From positions 1,024,001 to 1,088,000 of the forward strand of contig CAWJYV010000008.1 in NCBI GenBank assembly GCA_963847185.1: a stretch of DNA of 64,000 nt, given 5' to 3'. A program made the position numbers and the translations under genes. Each line of letters opens with the position of its first letter. The first letter of the stretch is position 1. The stretch is from an uncultured Methanosarcinaceae archaeon (GTDB lineage: Archaea > Halobacteriota > Methanosarcinia > Methanosarcinales > Methanosarcinaceae). The notes beneath the pieces are model-generated. The model saw nothing but the letters and a program-made list of their open reading frames with translations. It did not search any database and was not told the origin of the DNA. Below, piece by piece: positions 33,653 to 44,461 of the stretch.

Positions 33653-33892
33653 TTATTTACTCTTTTTCAGAGCCTGTTCAACTCCTTCCCCTATTTTAAG
33701 ATTCATGAGAAAATCATCAACTGTTGCAAGCAAGGAGCCTATTTTCTCGGCGTGGAATCTGACAGCAACTTTCTGATTACTGATTTCACTTTCCATGCTC
33801 CTGAGGTTATCCGGGGAAAGAGCTTGCAGGATTCTGGCTGCAGACTCTCTTGATTCCGGGTCAGGAAATTCAATTGTACCTGTGATTCTCAT
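33653..33892 (-). CDS. pcc1: KEOPS complex subunit Pcc1
   Basis: ALSPDN and SLLATVDDFLMNL motifs; lies downstream of the RecJ-like gene as in many archaea. Confidence 0.85.
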   Translation of the reverse strand: MRITGTIEFPDPESRESAARILQALSPDNLRSMESEISNQKVAVRFHAEKIGSLLATVDDFLMNLKIGEGVEQALKKSK

Positions 33893-33971
33893 ATGCACCC
33901 CTCAAATGTTTTTCCAAATTTTTTCCATATTCTTTTGCTTTCTTTTTCTTTGTTATGGATCCCTTATCTTT

Positions 33972-35309
33972 TTACGTTGGTTTCCCTTTACTGCTTTTTC
34001 GGAGCTGTTCCCCTATGATCCGGTCTGCAATGCTCAGGAATTCCTCTGTACTCCCAAAAGGAATTGAGGCTCCAGAGGCTACGCTGTGCCCGCCTCCACT
34101 CCCTCCGACTGCACCTGCAGCTTCCCTGAGAGCAAAGGCAAGGTCCAGACCTTTTGAGACGAGTTCACGGGTGCCCCTGGCTGAAACTTTCAGAATACCT
34201 TCGGATTCGTTTACGCAGATGAAAGGGAGTTCAGGATGGAGGTAGCGGACCACTGTGCTTGCAAGATTCCCGGTAGAAAGAGCATCAACGGTGTTAATAT
34301 ACCAGATATTCTCTCCTTTGTGGATTTTTTCTACATTTTCCCTGATGTCAAGAGCAAGCTTTTTCTCGTGTTCTTTTGTGAGGGATAGAGCTTTGTTGAC
34401 AATCTCCCTGTCTTTCAGGCAGAGGGCAAGAGCCAGCCCATAAACTTTCTCCTTTCCGCAGGTATTGAGAATGGAGATAAAATCGTAAACGTTTTTCACA
34501 AGCTCCCTGTTAAGGAGGAAGATTTCACCTATTACAGCTTCCACAGCTTCCGGGCTTGCCTGCCTGGCGAGTTTCAGGGCAATGGCATTGACAAGTCTGG
34601 AGACCTCCTCTTCAGACAAAGCCTCAATATTTCCGGAAAGCCTGAGCTGGCCCAGGAATTCTTTTACCTTTTCGGGGTAACCGGTAATGTCAAGAAAGGG
34701 TTCGGTGCTGTATGCGAGTACTTCTGAAAGGTTCCCATCCCCTACTTTCAGCCCCCTGCGGACAGACACGACTCCTGCTTTTAAGGCTTCGTCCAGAATA
34801 AAGGCATTAGCCGTCTGGAAGAGCTGCCTGTCTCCGACTGCGCCTGCAATAGCAAGCCCTGCAAGATCGACATTGCTTTCATCCAATTCCCTGGCTACAA
34901 GGTAGCAGGTACCGGAAGCCGAAATATCTGTAGCTCCGTCGATTCCTACTATATGAGGATTTACCATAGCCTTCGCAGGAGACTTACCTACTGGCTGGTG
35001 ATGATCAAGGACTACAACATCAGCTGCTACCCTACCTATAAGTTCCGGTTGTCCGCTGCCCATATCACAGAAGATAACAAGTTCTCCCTTCGAAATACTT
35101 CTGTTTATTTCTTCAATTACAGATTCGTCAAGCCTCCCGGCTATCGAAAGCTGGAAACGAGTACCTGCCCGAAACAGGGCCTGGGCCATTATCCCGGCAG
35201 AAGTCAACCCATCAGCATCATTATGTGAAACTATGCGCACAAATCTGTATTTCCGGATTTTTTCGGCCGCATTTTTTGCAAGATTTATCAGTTTTTCAAG
35301 CTCGCTCAA
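33972..35309 (-). CDS. DHH/DHHA1 phosphoesterase (archaeal RecJ-like)
   Basis: SHNDADG, CDMGSG, LDHH, GAVGD, SARG, GGGH motifs. Confidence 0.92.
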   Translation of the reverse strand: MSELEKLINLAKNAAEKIRKYRFVRIVSHNDADGLTSAGIMAQALFRAGTRFQLSIAGRLDESVIEEINRSISKGELVIFCDMGSGQPELIGRVAADVVVLDHHQPVGKSPAKAMVNPHIVGIDGATDISASGTCYLVARELDESNVDLAGLAIAGAVGDRQLFQTANAFILDEALKAGVVSVRRGLKVGDGNLSEVLAYSTEPFLDITGYPEKVKEFLGQLRLSGNIEALSEEEVSRLVNAIALKLARQASPEAVEAVIGEIFLLNRELVKNVYDFISILNTCGKEKVYGLALALCLKDREIVNKALSLTKEHEKKLALDIRENVEKIHKGENIWYINTVDALSTGNLASTVVRYLHPELPFICVNESEGILKVSARGTRELVSKGLDLAFALREAAGAVGGSGGGHSVASGASIPFGSTEEFLSIADRIIGEQLRKSSKGKPT

Positions 35310-35501
35310 AATCCATCACTCAAAAAATTCAATGATAGAATCAAAAGATCGGTTAAATACACAACTGCAGATGAATAAAGGTGTCAGTCTATACTGGCTT
35401 GATAATATAAAACACAATGCCCCAGATACATTTCAGGGGTCAACTTAATTAATGAGAAAGTGTATATAGGGGAAATCGGTAGTGAACTCTATCAGCTTAG
35501 A

Positions 35502-35573
35502 ACATCAGTAGTGTAGCGGTCATCACCGGGCGTTGCCAACGCTCGAACCCGGGTTCGAATCCCGGCTGATGTA
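35502..35573 (+). tRNA. tRNA-Gly (GCC)
   Basis: Acceptor ACATCAG/CTGATGT, anticodon arm GGGCG-TTGCCAA-CGCTC, T-arm CCGGG-TTCGAAT-CCCGG. Confidence 0.93.
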
Positions 35574-35885
35574 TACATAAAGCATTATGAAAAATTTCTC
35601 ACATTCTTTTAAATTTTGATCTTTTTCAGCAATTAGCTTTTTTAGGGTTAATTCTTCCTTACTGGCTTTCAATTAATAAAATTCTAGTTTTTACTTACCG
35701 ATCTTCCAGTTTTTACTTACTGATCTTCTAGTTTTTACTGACCTATTTTTCCATTAATTGTTTTCTACTACTGATTTTTCCTTATAGGCGGTCCCTCACT
35801 GGCTCTAAAACCAACTTTTAGATAAGCAATTATTTATTCAATCGACAATCATTTTTTATGGGGATTTTGTAGTGGAGGTTTTTGT

Positions 35886-36125
35886 ATGGAGGATTTTTTG
35901 AGGGAAAGCACGGGAAGTTTACAGAGAGTGAAAATTGCCATACAGTTGAGCTTTATTCTCTGGGTCATGCTTGGTATTCTTGTATTTTATGCTACTTTTG
36001 AGGCAACTGCCAGAATATGGGGAACTCTATTACTGCTATTTATGGTTGTGATTTTCGCTCCATTTCTGCCGGATGGATCAGGTTATGAAGATAAGGGAAA
36101 TGTAAATGGCGGCGAAGATGACTGA
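35886..36125 (+). CDS. Small two-TM membrane protein
   Basis: GGAGG RBS and two hydrophobic helices. Confidence 0.6.
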   Translation: MEDFLRESTGSLQRVKIAIQLSFILWVMLGILVFYATFEATARIWGTLLLLFMVVIFAPFLPDGSGYEDKGNVNGGEDD

Positions 36126-36466
36126 AAAACGCAGGGTAAAATGATCGAATCTCGATCTGTTGATGCCAATTACCAATATAAATTTACGAATGAACTCTGT
36201 ATTTCGGTGACGAGGCTGATCAACCAGTTCCTAATCAGCAGAATCCGTAGCTATTGTCCTTTATGGGAAAAATCAGCCAGTATATTGGTTAGCAGAATTC
36301 TTCGTTAGCACGTGGAGAAAAGACAGGAGAAGAGGTTCTCCTCCATACTGAACATATTGCTAAAATTGGACTGGGGATCATAAAACGTTTGATATAACAT
36401 TAGCAAAGGTTTTCCACATATTACATTATTTACGCTCTGAACCAGAGAGGATATCTTCTCTATTTC

Positions 36467-37600
36467 TCAGGCTTCCGTAACTCTCAGGACTGCGGCAAGT
36501 TCCCTTCCTTCATTTCCCAGGCTTGAAAGTTCACTAAAAATTTCTGATTTTTCAAGGTATTTTTCTGTTCTGATCCTTCCAGACTCTTCTATTTTGATTG
36601 TAATTTCTCCATCAGTGTATCCTCTTTCGATGCATTGGGTTACCAGCTGTCCGTATATTGAGGCAATTAACTTAAGACAATCGAAGACCCTATTATCATC
36701 AAAAACGTTTTTGCCATCGAATGTAACCCTCCTGAGTATTTTTGCTCCCACAGATGTCTTAAAGAGCTCTTTGACTTTTATCATGAATATATCGACGGAA
36801 TCCCTGTTTAGAGCTGCAACCAGTTCACTATCTCCTGTTATTTCGTAGTCCCTGTGCTGAATGAGTAAAGACTCCTCGTTAGCAGAGAATATAAATTTGT
36901 TTTCCGGATCTTTGTCTTCGAGTATAATTCTCAGCTTATTTGCTTCACATTCTACACTTGTAACATGGAAATCTGATAGATCGTATTTTTTTACCTTCTT
37001 TTCTCTGGACAGGATTCCACTCCTTACCCATATCGGCAAAACAAGGTTGTGAAGATCCTTTACTTTGAAATTGTCCTGTGTGAAGTCCAGATCAAATTCG
37101 CATTGCATACCGTTAAGAAAGCTTATCTGTTTTCCTCTCAGTTTTTTGTCTTCAAAAGAAGCATAGTAAGCTTTTTTTGCTCCATAAATACTGTTTTCAA
37201 AAAAAGAACTCAAGCTTGAGAGAATCTTTGTCTGAAGTTGCTCCACCTCTGTAAGATTCTGTTTATGCTGCTTGTTGAGTTCCTCAAGTTTCTCGTTCTT
37301 CTTGGTTATTACTGCAGTTGAAAGAGTCTGAAGGACTGTATCCTTGATCTCGAGAATAGTATCCTCTTTGATCTCCGCGGTGCGACTTTCCAGATATATA
37401 TTTAAATCTGTTTCAAACTCTTCGATATCCTGAATCGTTTTTTCGAAGATTTCGGTCTCCAATATATTTTCTTCTCTTATTTTGATAGCTGATTTTTCAA
37501 GAGGCAGGACTTCTTTTGAAATAACTACAAATTCCTGAAGGTCCTGGATGAAATCTCTCTGGACAGGTAAAGCGGTAGAATCCTGAAAAGTGTATTTCAT
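36467..37600 (-). CDS. Hypothetical protein (N-terminal coiled coil, beta-rich C-terminal half)
   Basis: 377-aa ORF with typical composition; no family recognised. Confidence 0.75.
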   Translation of the reverse strand: MKYTFQDSTALPVQRDFIQDLQEFVVISKEVLPLEKSAIKIREENILETEIFEKTIQDIEEFETDLNIYLESRTAEIKEDTILEIKDTVLQTLSTAVITKKNEKLEELNKQHKQNLTEVEQLQTKILSSLSSFFENSIYGAKKAYYASFEDKKLRGKQISFLNGMQCEFDLDFTQDNFKVKDLHNLVLPIWVRSGILSREKKVKKYDLSDFHVTSVECEANKLRIILEDKDPENKFIFSANEESLLIQHRDYEITGDSELVAALNRDSVDIFMIKVKELFKTSVGAKILRRVTFDGKNVFDDNRVFDCLKLIASIYGQLVTQCIERGYTDGEITIKIEESGRIRTEKYLEKSEIFSELSSLGNEGRELAAVLRVTEA

Positions 37601-38346
37601 TTTAAATTCCCTTTTCCTTCTAATGAAAACTTTTTTGATTTAAACTGATTATACATTATGTCTTTCTAACATTTTAAGATTTATGAGCTTATATCTTTAA
37701 GGAGACAAATGAGCTCCATTTGTTTCCTTCAAAATATCTCCGTGAACTTTAAAGGAGAATCAAACAAGAGATTTATAAAATAGATTTGATTGTTAAGGAG
37801 TATTAAATTACATAATATTTATTTTTTTCACTTAGATATATAATGATAAATATGTCGTAATTATATGAAAATGAGTCCGATAATTTTATACTTTCAGAAA
37901 GATTTATATTAGTTCCGGTTCAATCTTAGTGATATTATCGGTATTAGATAATATGTAAAGGCATGTACTCTACATAAAAATAGAATTTTGCTCTCAATAA
38001 CGTTTTTTCTTTGAGCGAAGTACTCAAAATAAATAGCCCATGCCAAAATACAGCGCTGATTGGCCAGCACTGATTGGCCAGCACTGTCATCAGGTTTCGA
38101 TCGTTGCAACATATATAGGGGGTGGGGTTAAAGATGGAGCCGTAATATATGGAATTTGAGAATCAGATGGTTTTTTTTATTCAAGTTTTGGTTACCAACA
38201 GGTTCAATTTTTAGACTTTTCATTGAACTATAACAAATAATAGGAATCTGCCATATTTCGTTAACTTTAAAATATTATTTAAAATCAAATAATAATCAAT
38301 GTTGGAATGGAGTAAAATCAATATTTGCGGAATCTAGGTGCAGAAC

Positions 38347-41058
38347 ATGAATCAAAAATTTATATTATTTGGTGCGCTGCTAATTATGGCCTTTTTAGCA
38401 GGAACGGCAAGCGCAACTGGGAATACAGCCAATAGTCCAAGTATCACATTAAGCTGTAACGAAACAGGTCCTTTCAAGATGGGAGATGTGGTAACTCTCA
38501 CTGCAACCTTCAATATACCAATCTCTAGTGCGGAATTAACTGTTGAGGACGATGTTTCTTTACCGATTACAATGGACAATATAAGTGACGCCCAATGCAG
38601 CAATGGCATTGTTTGGTCTTGTGAGTACGAAGTTCCAGACGATGTAAATAGTGCAGTGGATGCAACCGTATTAGGAGTACGCCCAAATGGAAAAACAGTT
38701 GATGAGACTTTCTTGAATGTTTTTGAAATTGACAATATAGCTCCAGAGTTTACGAAAATTACACCGGAATCAGATATTGTCAGTGAAAGTTGTGTACCCT
38801 TCAATTTCAGTGCTTACGATGAAACAAACAATGAAATATGCTACGACCTCTTTATCGATGGTGCCTCAAAGAGTACAGGAACTATAACCTCTGGGACATA
38901 TAAGCAAATTGAGCTTAACCTAAATGACGGCTATTACAAATGGGAAGTCCAACTCAGTGACGATGCCGGAAACATAGGTTCCAGTGGTATCGGTGATCTG
39001 TATGTGGACACATGCGCTCCGGAAGTAACACTTCTTTCTCCTGAAGAGGGCTATGTCTGTTCTCAAGCCGACTACATCAACTCAACAACGGGTCTTATTT
39101 TCGAATTCACTGCTGAAGATACTTTAGCTGAAAAATATGATGATCTTAAGCTCAACTATGTACTGTATGTTGACGGAGAACCTCTTGACGAAATCGACTA
39201 TGACGGAACCGAACTCCCCGACGGATTCGAACTTCCTGACGGATTCGAACTTCCCGACGGATTCGAACTCCCTGAAGGATTCGACATTGGAGGAAGTGAT
39301 CTTGGAAGTGATCTTGGAAGTGACCTTGGAAGTGGTTTTGGAAGTGGTTCAGGAACCATGGATTCAGGTGAATCTGTAGAAGTTGATGATTCTTACTTGG
39401 CTGACGGAGCGCACAACTGGTCCGTTTCAATTGAAGATGAAGCTGGAAACAGCGTTATGAGTGGAGTCCGGAACTTCTACGTAGATATGGAAGGGCTTAA
39501 TGTCGAACTCGTTTCTCCTAATGATGAGTATGCTGGAAGTGACTCAGCGTTTAACTTCAGTGTTTCAGGAGGAGCAGGACTGCCTTTCGAGTGTAAACTG
39601 CTCATTAATGGTAAGGTAGTTAAAACTGAAGACTGCGAGGCAGGAAAAAGTAGCTCTTTTGTTGTAGGGGAAGATGAGGTTAACTACTATGCATTAAGTA
39701 CTGAATTAGCCGATGGAGAGAACATGAACTGGACAGTTGACGTTACTGATTGTGCAGGCAACAACTATGTACCTGAGCCGTATTACTTCTCTCTTGATAC
39801 CATATCTCCGGCCAGTGTGGCAAACCTGGCTGTTGTAGATGCAATAGGTGAGACTCAGTGGTCTTATACGTACGATTATCCTGCACTGTTTGTTAGCTGG
39901 AATGAAAATACCGAAGAAGATCTTGCCTCTTCTCCTTATGAGATTTACATCAGCGACTCTTGTCCAGGCTCTATAGAAGAGATGGAAGAAATAGAATTTG
40001 CACAAGATGATACGGACTTTACACTAGAAGATACGGGCCTTACACTAGGAAATACGGCAGATACGGTAGATACGGACTTTTACATTGAAGAATACGAGGG
40101 AGAGCCTCTTGTCTACGGCAAAGATTACTGGGTAGCAGTTATCGCGCGGGACAGAGCAGGCAACTACAACGATTGTTTCTCCTATTGGGGCCCGGTTCAC
40201 ACGTATGAAGATATGAATATTACTCTTGATGCAGGCTGGAACCTGAAATCTGTGCCAAAGAGGCTGGTCTCATCGCTTTCATGCAAAGAAGATATCTTTG
40301 GAGAAGGCTGCACAGTCATTTATTGGGATGGCAGTTGCTGGCAATTCCCTGAGACTATCGAACCATGTAAGGGTTACTGGGTCTACAGTCCTGTAGCTTG
40401 CGAAAACAGCATAAAATTCAAACCAATGTCATATGACAGTACAACTCCTGATGCACCTGCATCTCTCTGCCTCTCCGAGGGCTGGCAGATGATAGGGCAC
40501 ACATCTACGCAACCTGCAGTATATTCTACAACCTTATCTTCACTCAAAGGTACTCTTACAGACTACAAGTACTCTAACCTGATCACCTATACCCACGATG
40601 AAGGTTGGGGAGGCATAATTCCTGAAACAGGACTTTTAGACCAGCTCACTGACGACACAAGTATAGGCAGTGCTTTCATTAATAGCACCAGTGCATCTCC
40701 GGTAGAAACGCTTCAGTATGAAGGCTACATGGTTCCTGGACAGGGATACTGGGTCTTTATGAAAGAAGACGGCACCTACGCATCCATCGAAAACGTGTAT
40801 AACAGCCAGAATGATTACTCTGATGACGGCATTGATGACGGCATTGATGATGGAATTGATGACGGAATCAACCTTGATGATCTCCTTAACGGTGGAACTG
40901 GTGATGAAGCAACTACTCCTGAGAATGTTGTAACTACTCCTGAGAATGTTGTAACTACTCCTGAGAATGTTTCTAGCTCATCTACTCCCGGAAACGCGAC
41001 TACTTCTGGAAACACAACTGATGGAGAAAACGCAACTACTCCTGGAAACACAACTTAA
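38347..41058 (+). CDS. Large secreted acidic Ig/FN3-like repeat protein with a C-terminal duplicated GWN...PGxGYWV domain and no membrane anchor
   Basis: Signal peptide; repeated D..AP / D.AGN Ig-like motifs; two copies of L..GW(N/Q)....P/H...P..GYWV; Thr/Pro-rich tail. Confidence 0.85.
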   Translation: MNQKFILFGALLIMAFLAGTASATGNTANSPSITLSCNETGPFKMGDVVTLTATFNIPISSAELTVEDDVSLPITMDNISDAQCSNGIVWSCEYEVPDDVNSAVDATVLGVRPNGKTVDETFLNVFEIDNIAPEFTKITPESDIVSESCVPFNFSAYDETNNEICYDLFIDGASKSTGTITSGTYKQIELNLNDGYYKWEVQLSDDAGNIGSSGIGDLYVDTCAPEVTLLSPEEGYVCSQADYINSTTGLIFEFTAEDTLAEKYDDLKLNYVLYVDGEPLDEIDYDGTELPDGFELPDGFELPDGFELPEGFDIGGSDLGSDLGSDLGSGFGSGSGTMDSGESVEVDDSYLADGAHNWSVSIEDEAGNSVMSGVRNFYVDMEGLNVELVSPNDEYAGSDSAFNFSVSGGAGLPFECKLLINGKVVKTEDCEAGKSSSFVVGEDEVNYYALSTELADGENMNWTVDVTDCAGNNYVPEPYYFSLDTISPASVANLAVVDAIGETQWSYTYDYPALFVSWNENTEEDLASSPYEIYISDSCPGSIEEMEEIEFAQDDTDFTLEDTGLTLGNTADTVDTDFYIEEYEGEPLVYGKDYWVAVIARDRAGNYNDCFSYWGPVHTYEDMNITLDAGWNLKSVPKRLVSSLSCKEDIFGEGCTVIYWDGSCWQFPETIEPCKGYWVYSPVACENSIKFKPMSYDSTTPDAPASLCLSEGWQMIGHTSTQPAVYSTTLSSLKGTLTDYKYSNLITYTHDEGWGGIIPETGLLDQLTDDTSIGSAFINSTSASPVETLQYEGYMVPGQGYWVFMKEDGTYASIENVYNSQNDYSDDGIDDGIDDGIDDGINLDDLLNGGTGDEATTPENVVTTPENVVTTPENVSSSSTPGNATTSGNTTDGENATTPGNTT

Positions 41059-41162
41059 GGAAGTGATTCTGAATAAGAATCGGATTTCAAAAAGTAACTG
41101 TTCAGCCATAGGTTGAACGTTTATTTTTCTTTTTATTGCTTGTGTAGCAACGGAGGAACATT

Positions 41163-41843
41163 ATGGGAAAATTATTAAAAAATGATTTGTTAGTAACAGC
41201 TGTACTGTTAATTCTTTTCTTGGCTGTCCTTCAAACAGCCGTGGCAGAAGAAGATGTCCCCCCTCTCCCAATGACAGTTAAAGGAGTTGCCCTTATTGAT
41301 GGAAATCCGGCCCCCAAAGGAACTGTTGTTGCAGCTTATCTTAATGGGGAGCAGGTAAAAGAATGCCTCATAGATACTTCTTCAGGAGACTATTGTTTCT
41401 GGATTTCCGGAACCGCTGAAGATGAAGGAAAGCCTGTTACCTTTAAGGTGGACGGAAAAGACATAGAAGGAAATATTCCCTGGGAATCTGGAAAGCTGGT
41501 TACCTCTCTCGAACTATCTGAGGGAAAGATGATCGGGTCCGGAAGTTCTGAAAAAAGTTCAGATTCAGATTCAAGCTCCAGATCTTTGATAGGAAATGGT
41601 GAATCAGGAGCTTTAGAAGAGAATTCCAAAGCCAAGGTCATTGAAAGTTCAGTTCCTGAAGCGAATGTAACGGTTCAGAAGCCTAAAGGACTAAATTCTG
41701 AAGACAAGGAGACGGCGAAATCTTCCGAAGATTCTTCTAAATCAAACCGCGCTTCAGGTTTCCAGATTGGCTATGCAATTGTAGGCATACTTTTTCTCGC
41801 TTTCGGATTCAATCGCGAAAGGGAGGGGAGAAGGAAGCCCTGA
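41163..41843 (+). CDS. Surface protein: signal peptide, PP..G...DG..AP.GT domain, Ser-rich stalk, PGF-CTERM-like anchor (SGF-TM-basic)
   Basis: PPLPMTVKGVALIDGNPAPKGTVVAAY; tail ASGFQIGYAIVGILFLAFGFNREREGRRKP. Confidence 0.85.
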   Translation: MGKLLKNDLLVTAVLLILFLAVLQTAVAEEDVPPLPMTVKGVALIDGNPAPKGTVVAAYLNGEQVKECLIDTSSGDYCFWISGTAEDEGKPVTFKVDGKDIEGNIPWESGKLVTSLELSEGKMIGSGSSEKSSDSDSSSRSLIGNGESGALEENSKAKVIESSVPEANVTVQKPKGLNSEDKETAKSSEDSSKSNRASGFQIGYAIVGILFLAFGFNREREGRRKP

Positions 41844-41894
41844 TGTGATTTTTTCAAAAAGTTTTCATTAGTAAAGTGAAAATTTCAAGGTGAC

Positions 41895-42440
41895 ATGATG
41901 ATCATTAAAGAAAAATATATAAGAATTTCATCATTCCTGATTATTTTGATACTAGGCATATCATTCGTTCCGGGTGTATCTGCCAGCGGTCCCCCTTCAA
42001 TTCCAAATGTGTTTAAAGGAAATCTACTTGCAGATGGTGCAAATGCACCTGTAGGAACCATAATCTCAGCATATATAGATTCCGAACTTGTTGGCTGGAA
42101 CCTTATTAAAGAAGTAGGGGAATACGAGCTGACAGTTAACAGTACCGAGAAAAATAACGGAAAGACAATAGTTTTCAAGCTGGGTGATGTAGGATCCGAG
42201 CCTGTTTCCGCAACATACAAATATGGGGCTCCTCCAGTGAATCTTGATTTATCTTTCAAAGGAGAAGATTTTTCAGCCATTGTTGTAGGATCTGATGAAC
42301 TCATAAACAGGTATGCCGGTATTGATAAGAAATTCTCTGCTGAAGAAATTAAAGAAATTGTGAATGACAAGACCATATCCACTGGGATGAAATACGCGAT
42401 TTTGAAAATTTACTTTGCCGACGGGTGGGATCGAATATGA
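41895..42440 (+). CDS. Secreted adaptor-like protein: PP..G...DG..AP.GT domain plus short helical dockerin-like tail
   Basis: PPSIPNVFKGNLLADGANAPVGTIISAY is homologous to the upstream gene. Tail LINRYAGIDKKFSAEEIKEIV...ISTGMKYAILKIYF. Confidence 0.8.
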   Translation: MMIIKEKYIRISSFLIILILGISFVPGVSASGPPSIPNVFKGNLLADGANAPVGTIISAYIDSELVGWNLIKEVGEYELTVNSTEKNNGKTIVFKLGDVGSEPVSATYKYGAPPVNLDLSFKGEDFSAIVVGSDELINRYAGIDKKFSAEEIKEIVNDKTISTGMKYAILKIYFADGWDRI

Positions 42441-43597
42441 AATGGCCTGAGTTTAAAATTGCTTTTGTGGTGCTCCTGGCCCTGACCTTATGTACAGCCC
42501 CGGCCTCCGCAGGCAGTGCAGAAAGGGTTCTTCCTTCTTCGGTTAACGCCAATGAACAGTTCCAAGTAACTATCAATGTTGCTGATTACGGTGCTGCCGG
42601 GCAGGTTCTTGAAAAGCTTCCTGAAGGTTTCACTTTTATCGGCTCAACCCTTCCTGAAGGAGCAACATCTGTAAATGGCAATGAGGTTTCTTTCATACTA
42701 ATGAGTGAAAAAAGCTTCGGTTACACTCTTAAAGCTCCTGCCTCAGGTGGGACATACAAATTTAGTGGAATTTTGAGAGACATAAACAAAAATGAATTTT
42801 CAATTATCCCTGCTACTTCTTCAATTGAAGTAAAGGGAGCTTCGAGCGGCTCAAGCGGAAGTTCAGGCGGAAGTTCGGGCGGAAGCTCGGGTGGAAGTTC
42901 AGGTGGAAGTTCAGGTGGAAGCTCAGGCGGCGGTGCAGCCGGGGGTTCCCCAGAACCTCAGAGCAATGTGGAAGCTAAGGAAATTTCCCAGGCAGTAGTT
43001 AATAAAGGAACACATGTAACATTCGAGTTTCCAAAGAACGCAACCTGTGTAAAATATGTAGGATTTGATGCCAAGAAAACTCTCGGAAAAATCACAACAA
43101 TTGTCGAGATGCTAAAAGGTCAGTCCAAACTTATTTCTAGCCTGCCTGAAGGCACAGTTTATAAAAATGTTAATATCTGGGTAGGTTCAGGAGGAATAGC
43201 AAACTCTGACAATATCGAAAATGCAGTTATCGGATTTAAGGTCGAAAAATCCTGGATCGAGAAAAATGGAATCGATATATCCTGTCTGGCTCTCTGGTAC
43301 TACAATGAGGCATGGAGTAAACTTGAAACCAAAAAAATGAGTGAAGATGACACTTACATTTACTTTGAAGCAAAAACCTCGGGTTTCGGTCACTTCGTTA
43401 TTGTTGAGAGCAAAGATAAAAAGGCTTCCGATTCGGTAGAAATTACACCATCTACTCAAGAAGACTCAAAATCCAACCTCGCTTCAGATTCAGAAAAATC
43501 ATCCGAAGATGACTCGAGCTTTTTGCCTGGATTTGAGTCCGCAGCAGCAATTGGAATTATCGGAACTGCATATTGCATATTGAGAAGGAAACTGTAA
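42437..43597 (+). CDS. Surface protein: cohesin-like beta-sandwich, Gly/Ser linker, PGF-pre-PGF domain, PGF-CTERM anchor
   Basis: ATGA overlap with the previous stop. SAERVLPSSV...E.LPEGFTF domain; AGGSPEPQSNV...KE PGF-pre-PGF start; LPGFE-TM-RRKL. Confidence 0.88.
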   Translation: MKWPEFKIAFVVLLALTLCTAPASAGSAERVLPSSVNANEQFQVTINVADYGAAGQVLEKLPEGFTFIGSTLPEGATSVNGNEVSFILMSEKSFGYTLKAPASGGTYKFSGILRDINKNEFSIIPATSSIEVKGASSGSSGSSGGSSGGSSGGSSGGSSGGSSGGGAAGGSPEPQSNVEAKEISQAVVNKGTHVTFEFPKNATCVKYVGFDAKKTLGKITTIVEMLKGQSKLISSLPEGTVYKNVNIWVGSGGIANSDNIENAVIGFKVEKSWIEKNGIDISCLALWYYNEAWSKLETKKMSEDDTYIYFEAKTSGFGHFVIVESKDKKASDSVEITPSTQEDSKSNLASDSEKSSEDDSSFLPGFESAAAIGIIGTAYCILRRKL

Positions 43598-44461
43598 ATT
43601 GTGAAATAATTTTTTAAGCAACTTTAACAGTTGCTTATATTCTTATTTTTAAATTCCTGGTTCTGTAGAATCTTCAAAATATTCAAATAAATGTTACTTT
43701 GAACATTTTTGTATAATCTTCTGTATAAGATTTTGAAATATTTTCTCTTTTGTATTAAGGCCCTCCTAATTGCTTTCATTATTTTGGACTTAAATTATTC
43801 AGAATGCTGAATTTGAATTAAATTTAGAGTTTCAGGATAAATTAGTATCTTTCACAACTGTAAATGAAAATTTATAGATTATCTATTTTAGAAAAATTTA
43901 TATCAGTTGTCAAACAATCTTATTTATAATATCTTCACATAGGAACGTATAAATATACGTAACTTGTGTTTTAACTAAAAAATTATATCCAGTCGACCCT
44001 TTGGATTTGACAAATCTACCACTGAGTAGAAGTATATACCTTACACATTGGGCTGATTAATGGCATTGGTACAAGAATGGGGGGATAACTTTCCTGAGTG
44101 CTGTAAGCATCAATGAAAGTTACTATTTAGTGTACCAAAGTTAAAAATTACCATATTTCTTTCGTAAATGAGTTTAGAAGAGGCAGGGGGCTCTCTTATT
44201 GAAACTCTGAAAGGATTTTGATCTTTATAGCGCAACGAGGAGTGGGGTAAAAATGAATTCATAACTGAGTTTGGCAATCTAACGTTTATTTTATTTAAAA
44301 TATGAAAAGCAAATATGCCCAACTTTTTATGTTTTTTAATAACCTAAGACTTCATTTGAAACTGATCCTGCTCATTGACTTTAGAATATTATTGAAAACA
44401 AATTATATTGAACATTTTAAGCGGAGTAAAATTGGACATTTGCTAAATCTAGGTGCAAAAC

